32,000 bases of DNA from Candidatus Iainarchaeum sp. (GTDB lineage Archaea; Iainarchaeota; Iainarchaeia; Iainarchaeales; GCA-2688035): contig JAQTNI010000009.1 in NCBI GenBank assembly GCA_028713935.1, positions 3,406 to 35,405 on the forward strand, in the 5' to 3' direction. The notes below the pieces were generated by a model. The model ran no database searches. It was not told where the DNA came from and saw nothing but the letters and a program-made list of their open reading frames with translations. Below are positions 25,601 to 32,000 of this stretch, piece by piece. The position numbers were made by a program, and so were the translations under genes. Within the stretch, counting starts at the first letter, position 1. Each line of letters starts with the position of its first letter.

Positions 25601-26107
25601 GGTTTCTCCTGTTTCGCATGTTCCGTTTCCACAGTTGCTTGTTGTTTGGCAGTCAGTGTCGTTTAAAGGAGTGCAGGTTGCTGGGCAGCAGTTGTCTCCG
25701 TTTGTGCAGGTTGTTATGTCTGTGTAGGTGCAGGTTTGGCTTGTGCAGGTTGCTGTTTTGCAGTTTTGTGATGTGCAGTCTGCTTCTGTTGTACAACTTG
25801 TTCCTGTGTTTGTTTTGTTGAGGCAGTCTGGTGTTATTAGTATTGCTGTTGTTCCTGTGCATTTGTTTGCTGCGAATGACCATTCGCAGTCTGAGTATTG
25901 GCAGTTTCCTGTTCCATCCGGGTCGTTTCCTGCTTGGCCACATTGTGTGGATGAGAATTTTGCGCAGATTGTGTTCAGGACTTCTATTTGTGTGCTGTTG
26001 ATATTTGTGCCGCTGGCATTGAAGAGTATTACAATTGCCAGTGCTGCCACTATTACTGCCCCGCCAATTATCAGCAGGTATTCCAAACTGCTTTGCGCGT
26101 TGTTCAA
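22655..26107 (-). CDS. giant pilin-anchored multidomain surface protein: Cys-rich modules, TIM-barrel glycoside-hydrolase-like region, Fn3, Ca-binding TSP3-like repeats, C-terminal LamG
   Basis: 1150-aa ORF with a TTG start at 26107. MNNA/QSSLEYLLIIGGAVIVAALAIVILF is the class III signal. Cys/Thr-rich region at nt 25379-25966. Hydrolase-like region (FVSFAHAHNFKVITYM, NNFDGWYFDNADAG, GIIYHHDS) at about nt 24008-24850. Fn3-like (FTIQWETN...TDYNFRIRS) at nt 23663-23995. DADGDGLRDDWE / DPDNDS / DSDFDGFSDG at nt 23453-23656. LamG (LVAYWSFD...EWHQVAFVF...YYIDG...GLIDDVSIWKKAL) at nt 22703-23347. Confidence 0.85.
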   Translation of the reverse strand: MNNAQSSLEYLLIIGGAVIVAALAIVILFNASGTNINSTQIEVLNTICAKFSSTQCGQAGNDPDGTGNCQYSDCEWSFAANKCTGTTAILITPDCLNKTNTGTSCTTEADCTSQNCKTATCTSQTCTYTDITTCTNGDNCCPATCTPLNDTDCQTTSNCGNGTCETGETNATCPTDCTTYCGDNIITDPNSEGQTEQCDGTGQAQCQAGFTCTNCQCTGQAVCNNNGTCEAGETASNCPLDCTGNGFFGMSIFSAFQDEDQIEITTTGALYIIKQDGIELWRRIDPATNNDTETPRKVAEISFENTISNLTVESATTIQAIVQSDKARFVFNSDSFFIIEAKEPFAYTYNNLVAAAPWNKGTGTDRIWTDGYGGSLHAKMQGNPVVSNETTDSTSISLGAGSSMGNMVFPPKKFDFEKLYGASSKPFVHFLYTPDDLTNLMSGTNVDNYVNDGFGVFLLWASVAYENTPGKIGEVPVLLPSGIMGYKIRDIDKQLLQDFVSFAHAHNFKVITYMSAPSIYWWNQQDIQVTLSWMKEFQEENNFDGWYFDNADAGDLQQDYNFIRQVRTDIGDNGIIYHHDSVDAWDAYLAYTGRRAVMIDAYVDYTLTGETGPMAEVESPNNPYFRFFVSGYGMSQAIGSNIRVSSARAAISTKEMFRVLAQNLNSAQFSRSGAWLSYFKPLYDQRKASYSSNLDTAWPVDAQNGWFRAPTNIQIIPVTGTSFTIQWETNLPSDSEVAYTSNGSWWYNPYHETHPTTYFSGPDGIIGDPSFTTFHSITLSGLNPNTDYNFRIRSSNRAADILNEILWGSVDSFTTEGLDADGDGLRDDWEVQYFGNITSQNGLGDPDNDSLINSQEFARGTDPTNPDSDFDGFSDGVEVADNTGPLDWSSHSYGLPSCNNNGICENAGGESFTSCPNDCDPDLVAYWSFDHCNAWDQSGNHRNGTVVGATCQATGGHNGSGAFSFRGGVSGPDHIRFDSSLSALSTYGGENSSTTVVAWVKPDYVNQINIVTQHLGGFDYFSAGSSSSYSFGHLVSMVRNGSNQSNSWPTSTGTIAENEWHQVAFVFESGVGWKYYIDGSLAGESSNPALILHDYSDASDLHAAYIGFGWQDEPGHFAGLIDDVSIWKKALTADKICVLAGKTWNSGNCS

Positions 26108-26196
26108 AAAAACACCGTTTTTATTGTGCTAGAAGCATACCAAATATGTTTTTTGTATTTTTAAGGCTGCCGAACAATTTTTTTGGCTTGCACAGT

Positions 26197-27528
26197 TCAG
26201 AGTTCAATTGCCTGGGTTTCTTTTGGAATCAGAATTTCTTTTTTCAGTTTTTTTTCAAGTGTTTTTTTGAATTCGGGGAGCTTTTCTTTTTCGCCGTGAA
26301 TCAAAAAGGTTTTCTGTGCCTTTATTGCAAATGCAAAATTCAGCAGTCCATTGTAATCCGCATGCCCTGAAAACCTTATCCTGCAGGTTTCGCACTGTAC
26401 AAAAATTTTTTTTCCGCTTAATTCAATTGTTTTTTTTCCTTCCAAAAGCTCTCTTCCAAGGGAGCCTTCTGCCTGGTAGCCAACAAGAATAACACAATTT
26501 TTTTTGTCCCCAGCAAGCTTTTTGAGGTATTGCCTGCTTGGCCCGCCAGTAAGCATTCCAGAGGTTGCAATTATAACTGCTTTTTTTGAATTAAAAACCT
26601 CTTTTTTTGTTTTGCTCACAGGCTGCCTGAAAAAAGGGCTTTTGAAAGCATCATCATCAGCCAGCAAAATCCTGTTTGAAATTTCAGGCCGCATAAAAAT
26701 CACGTTGTGCCTGCAAATCCTGTTTGCCTTGTTAATCATTCCGTCAAGCCAGATATCCATTTCAGGCAGGTAGCCGCTCCTTATGTAATTGTCAATTGTG
26801 AACATTACTTCCTGCCCTCTTCCAACAGCAAAGCTCGGAATCAGTATTTTTCCGTTTCTCTTCAAAACCTGCCTTATTTTGTCGGCGAGATCCTTGCTTG
26901 CTTTCTGCATTGAAGGCAGAATATCCTGTTTTCCTGCATAAGTGCATTCCATAACCAAAAAATCAATTTTTTCTTTCGGCAATTCAGCAGGCAAAAGCAA
27001 ATTGCTTTCCCTGGTGTTTATATCCCCGGAATACAATAATTTTTTTCCGTCAAACTCGATTATTATTTCTGCACTGCCGATTATATGCCCTGCATTCAAA
27101 AATTTTATTTTAATCTGTGAATCGTGGAACAATTGTTTTTCCTCGTTGTAATTGATTGCAACAGTCTGCTTCATTGTCTTGTCAATTTCCTTTGTGCCAT
27201 AAAAATCCGCCTTGTTTTCCTTTGCAATTTTTGCGGAATCACTCAAAAGCAAATGCATTATGTCCCTTGTAGGGGGGGTTGCAAAAATTTTTCCCTCAAA
27301 GCCCTGTTTAACCAAAAAAGGCAGGTATCCGCAGTGGTCAATGTGCGCATGGGAAATTATTATTGCATCAATTTTTTTTGCAAGTTCCTTTGGAATATTC
27401 GGAAGTTCGGGATTTCCCTTTCCAACTTTTATGCCTGCATCAACCAAAATTTTTTTGTTTTTTGCCTCAAGCAGCATTGCATTCCTGCCGACTTCATTGC
27501 AGGCGCCAAAAAAAGTTATTTTTGCCAT
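26197..27528 (-). CDS. metallo-beta-lactamase / beta-CASP family ribonuclease (aCPSF2-like, no KH domains)
   Basis: 443-aa ORF. HxHxDH motif (IISHAHIDHCGY), NAGHIIGSA, ECTYAG, VGYQAEGSLG and FSGHADYNGL are arranged as in CPSF73-like beta-CASP nucleases. Confidence 0.85.
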   Translation of the reverse strand: MAKITFFGACNEVGRNAMLLEAKNKKILVDAGIKVGKGNPELPNIPKELAKKIDAIIISHAHIDHCGYLPFLVKQGFEGKIFATPPTRDIMHLLLSDSAKIAKENKADFYGTKEIDKTMKQTVAINYNEEKQLFHDSQIKIKFLNAGHIIGSAEIIIEFDGKKLLYSGDINTRESNLLLPAELPKEKIDFLVMECTYAGKQDILPSMQKASKDLADKIRQVLKRNGKILIPSFAVGRGQEVMFTIDNYIRSGYLPEMDIWLDGMINKANRICRHNVIFMRPEISNRILLADDDAFKSPFFRQPVSKTKKEVFNSKKAVIIATSGMLTGGPSRQYLKKLAGDKKNCVILVGYQAEGSLGRELLEGKKTIELSGKKIFVQCETCRIRFSGHADYNGLLNFAFAIKAQKTFLIHGEKEKLPEFKKTLEKKLKKEILIPKETQAIEL

Positions 27529-27626
27529 TGCACAAAAATAAAGAACAATTTTCCTTAAAAAACGCTTGTTTTAAAAAAATCCCAAAAAGTTAAAAATAAA
27601 AACTTCAAATTCCAGATTATACCTAT

Positions 27627-28328
27627 ATGTTTTGTGGAAAACCAAGTGCGCAGGCTGGTCTTGAGTATTTAATGACTTATGGCTGGGCATTGGTTTTGAT
27701 TGTGACTGTTGCGAGTGCTTTGTTTTTTGTTATGGGCACTCCGCAGAATCAGTTTGTTTGTTCTAGCAGTGACCCTACAAAGATTTTGCTGGAAAGTTAT
27801 AACCTGCCCTATTCGCCGAATTTTTCTGCAGGGGGCTCTGTGCCTCCAGAGTCAAGCTGTTATCCTGCTTCCGCTAGCAAGTGTGAAGTCTGGGGGAACC
27901 CATGGGCATCAACCCCGGATATTCCGGGAAAAATGGTTTTAAGGAATGCAACCGGAGGGGAAATAAAAATAATAAGCCTTGTTCCTTGGTCTGGCTCAGA
28001 CGCTATAACAATGCCTGGTTGCACTTATTTCTGGTGTTTTTTAGGCGGTGCAAATCCTTGCGCTGTGGAAGCTTCGGCTTTGTATGCTACTTTTAATGGC
28101 ATAAAAATAAATTTGATAATCCCAACTGCCCCTTTGAGTGTTTCAGGAGGCCGGAGCATTGTTATTGATAATCTTGTCTTAAGCAAAAGAGCCCGCCCAG
28201 GCACAACTTGTGACCCGCAAAATTTTTCTTTTCCACAAAACCCTTCTTTTGTTATAACTTATCTTGACAGGTCTGGTTACCAAAAAGATGTCACCATTAC
28301 TTGCAAGGGCTATCCTTCAAAAACCTGA
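27627..28328 (+). CDS. archaeal type IV pilin-like protein (class III signal peptide, Gln +1), paralogue of 6511-7038
   Basis: 233-aa ORF. MFCGKPSA/QAGLEYLMTYGWALVLIVTVASALFFVM..VCSSSDPTK and the C-terminal ITYLDRSGYQKDVTITCKG match the N- and C-termini of the first pilin. There is no SD. An AT-rich box (TTAAAAATAAAAA, about 27590-27603) lies 25-37 nt upstream. Confidence 0.75.
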   Translation: MFCGKPSAQAGLEYLMTYGWALVLIVTVASALFFVMGTPQNQFVCSSSDPTKILLESYNLPYSPNFSAGGSVPPESSCYPASASKCEVWGNPWASTPDIPGKMVLRNATGGEIKIISLVPWSGSDAITMPGCTYFWCFLGGANPCAVEASALYATFNGIKINLIIPTAPLSVSGGRSIVIDNLVLSKRARPGTTCDPQNFSFPQNPSFVITYLDRSGYQKDVTITCKGYPSKT

Positions 28329-28394
28329 TTTGCTGAATCTGATTTTCCTGCGAAAAAGCATAATTTTAAAGCCAGTTTTTTGCCAATTATTCTA

Positions 28395-29066
28395 ATGAAA
28401 AAGCACTCTGCAGAGCAAACTAAGGTAAATGAACCAGTGAATAAAGCCGATGTTGTTTCTTTTTCTTCCGAAGATGCACAGAAAGAATTGCAGTGCATGC
28501 TATGCAGGCTTTTGCTTTCAAAGTATTCCGAGCTTATTAACGAGTCAGAGCGCAGGACAATAGGCGAAATAAAAGGCCTTGTCAATTCCGATGACCTCAC
28601 AATACAGTCAATTCTTGCTGACTTGAAGCCTGAAAATTTTTCTTTTGAAAAGGACTTTTTGATTACGGCCGAAAAAATTTTTGGCTTTGTTTCAGGCGAA
28701 ATTAATTTTGTGGAACTGGGCATTAACCTGAATTACTGGCTTTCCCCGAAAGAAATTTTTTCAGAAAAAATTGCAGACGATGAGGACCTAGCAATTTTTT
28801 TGTGCTCCCTGCTTTTCGGCCTGGGCGACGAAAAGGCATTTGTTGCAGTTGCAGAGCTTGACAACCTGCAGACACATGCCTTTGTAATAACAGAATTCCA
28901 AGAAAATTTCCTGATTCTTGACCCAGCGCAAAAGCACCAGTTCAAAAAATTTTTTGGAAACAGGGACAATGTCCTTATGGATTATTCCTTCAAAGGGGCA
29001 AAAATAAAACAGTTTTTATACAAATTCAACCATTCAACCTACGAGCAATTTGCAGATGCCGAATAA
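28395..29066 (+). CDS. transglutaminase-core-like protein with the catalytic Cys position substituted (putative, function unknown)
   Basis: The track ORF starts at TTG 28380, and the ATG at 28395 (MKKHSAEQ) is preferred. nt 28740-28928 encode SPKEIFSEKIADDEDLAIFLCSLLFGLGDEKAFVAV...THAFVITEF..FLILDP. This aligns by eye with the transglutaminase-core pattern GxCxDFAxLxxALLRxxGIPARxV...HAWxE...DP, except that Asp replaces the Cys. Confidence 0.4.
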   Translation: MKKHSAEQTKVNEPVNKADVVSFSSEDAQKELQCMLCRLLLSKYSELINESERRTIGEIKGLVNSDDLTIQSILADLKPENFSFEKDFLITAEKIFGFVSGEINFVELGINLNYWLSPKEIFSEKIADDEDLAIFLCSLLFGLGDEKAFVAVAELDNLQTHAFVITEFQENFLILDPAQKHQFKKFFGNRDNVLMDYSFKGAKIKQFLYKFNHSTYEQFADAE

Positions 29067-29083
29067 AACAGCCCTGCAGGAAG

Positions 29084-29536
29084 GTGGCTTTTTTGGGCGA
29101 AAAAAGCTCTGGCGCAATTGTTTTTCACAAAAAAAACCATGAAACAAAATTCCTCATTCTCCATTACACCTCTGGCCACTGGGATTTTGCAAAAGGCCAC
29201 GTTGAAGAAAATGAAACAGAAGAACAGGCGCTCTGGAGAGAACTTGAAGAGGAAACAGGCATAAAGCAGGGCCAGGCAAGGCTCGTTCCAGGCTTTAAGC
29301 AGAGAATAACCTATTTTTACAACAGGGACAGCCAGACAATTTTCAAGGAAGTAATACTTTTTTTGGTTGAATCAAAAACAGATTCAGTAAGGCTTTCCGC
29401 AGAGCACACAGGGTTTGCATGGCTGCCATTTGGCCAGGCATTAAAAAAAACAACTTTTGACAATGCAAAACAGGTTCTAAAAAAAGCCAAAAGTTTTTTG
29501 CAGCAAAAAAAATTTTGCGGCAACCCGCCTGCCTGA
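29084..29536 (+). CDS. NUDIX hydrolase (Ap4A-hydrolase-like)
   Basis: 150-aa ORF with a GTG start. Nudix box GHWDFAKGHVEENETEEQALWRELEEETGI. Confidence 0.85.
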   Translation: MAFLGEKSSGAIVFHKKNHETKFLILHYTSGHWDFAKGHVEENETEEQALWRELEEETGIKQGQARLVPGFKQRITYFYNRDSQTIFKEVILFLVESKTDSVRLSAEHTGFAWLPFGQALKKTTFDNAKQVLKKAKSFLQQKKFCGNPPA

Positions 29537-31500
<1,964 letters not shown>

Positions 31501-31611
31501 TTATTTTTAATTCAGCCTAAAAATTAAAAGCAACAATATTAAGTGCTTTTCACTATTATTGTTCCATAAGATTAATTTAATACTTTTCACAGAACTTATA
31601 ATGGCGGTTTA

Positions 31612-32000
31612 ATGGCAGAACTGGAAAAAACAATGTTCCGAACCTATGACATCAGGGGGAAAGTAAATGAAAAAGAACTTAATGAAAACAGCATTTGCCT
31701 TATCGGCAAAGGCTTCGGGACAATGCTTGCCAAAAAGGAAATTAAAGAATGCATTGTTGGTTTTGATGCAAGGGCATACAGTGAAAAACTTGCAAAAGCC
31801 CTTATCAAAGGCCTGGCTGAAACAGGAATTAATATTGTAAATATTGGCATGGTTACAACCCCGGTTTCCTATTTTTCGCAGTACTATTTCAAAACCAAGG
31901 GCCTTGCAATGGTTACAGCTTCGCACAATCCAAACGGCTGGAGCGGCTTAAAGCTTGGCTATGATTATTCATCAACACTGCTTCCGGCAGACATTGAAGA
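31612..32000 (+). CDS. phosphoglucomutase/phosphomannomutase (alpha-D-phosphohexomutase), 5' partial, runs off the window
   Basis: Own translation of the + strand from the ATG at 31612 gives MAELEKTMFRTYDIRGKVNEKELNENSICLIGKGFG...GLAMVTASHNPNGWSGLKLGY. FRTYDIRG and the TASHNP active-site Ser loop are diagnostic. It is absent from the ORF track because no stop codon is reached. Met8 (31633) is an alternative start. Confidence 0.85.
   Translation, partial: MAELEKTMFRTYDIRGKVNEKELNENSICLIGKGFGTMLAKKEIKECIVGFDARAYSEKLAKALIKGLAETGINIVNIGMVTTPVSYFSQYYFKTKGLAMVTASHNPNGWSGLKLGYDYSSTLLPADIE

Noticed and set aside
25283-26132. Plus-strand Cys-rich ORFs (127 aa, 82 aa, 134 aa) that superficially resemble small Cys-rich secreted peptides
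   Set aside because: They lie antisense to the Cys/Thr-rich region of the 1150-aa gene. TGT/TGC/ACA/GCA codons read as Cys/Ala/Thr on both strands, so the composition is an artefact. The long minus-strand frame with the pilin N-terminus is clearly the real one.
31609-31926. Two minus-strand ORFs (105 aa, 68 aa) listed in the track
   Set aside because: They are antisense to an open plus-strand frame that encodes an unmistakable phosphohexomutase N-terminus (FRTYDIRG, TASHNP). That frame is missing from the track only because it runs off the window.

Overview
AT-rich, gene-dense window with about 32 protein-coding genes and no rRNA, tRNA, CRISPR array, transposase or integrase recognised. It reads as archaeal, most plausibly a small-genome DPANN-type archaeon (inference). 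Eight proteins carry archaeal class III (prepilin-like) signal peptides, and TATA-like boxes sit about 25-35 nt upstream of several start codons. Several housekeeping genes are nevertheless bacterial-type (CoaE, CoaD, type I GAPDH). Left part (1-6.4 kb): a KaiC-like ATPase with a P-loop-less paralogue, two tandem GT4 glycosyltransferases, coaE-coaD, a HicB-HicA module, a PIN protein and a convergent RHH protein. Centre: a pilin gene with a strong Shine-Dalgarno site (6511-7038), then an AbiEii/AbiEi cassette and a second HicB-HicA cassette, bounded by three copies of a T-rich repeat. Next comes a ~17-kb co-directional minus-strand operon (9361-26107) encoding an Epd/Tad-like type IV pilus machine: a GspE/VirB11-family ATPase, two separate T2SS-F platform proteins, three small pilin-like proteins, an 820-aa coiled-coil protein with MinD-like amphipathic motifs and a C-terminal winged helix, a 383-aa Cys-rich protein, and two giant pilin-anchored surface proteins. 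The 1483-aa one has a LamG domain nested inside a split vWA domain. The 1150-aa one has Cys-rich modules, a TIM-barrel hydrolase-like region, Fn3, Ca-binding repeats and LamG. Right part: a beta-CASP RNase, a second pilin paralogue, a transglutaminase-like protein with a substituted catalytic Cys, a NUDIX hydrolase, a PfkB kinase, GAPDH and the 5' part of a phosphohexomutase. The pilus/adhesin operon is the best candidate for a novel system (possible host-attachment organelle). All domain calls are by-eye motif recognition and need HMM or structure confirmation.
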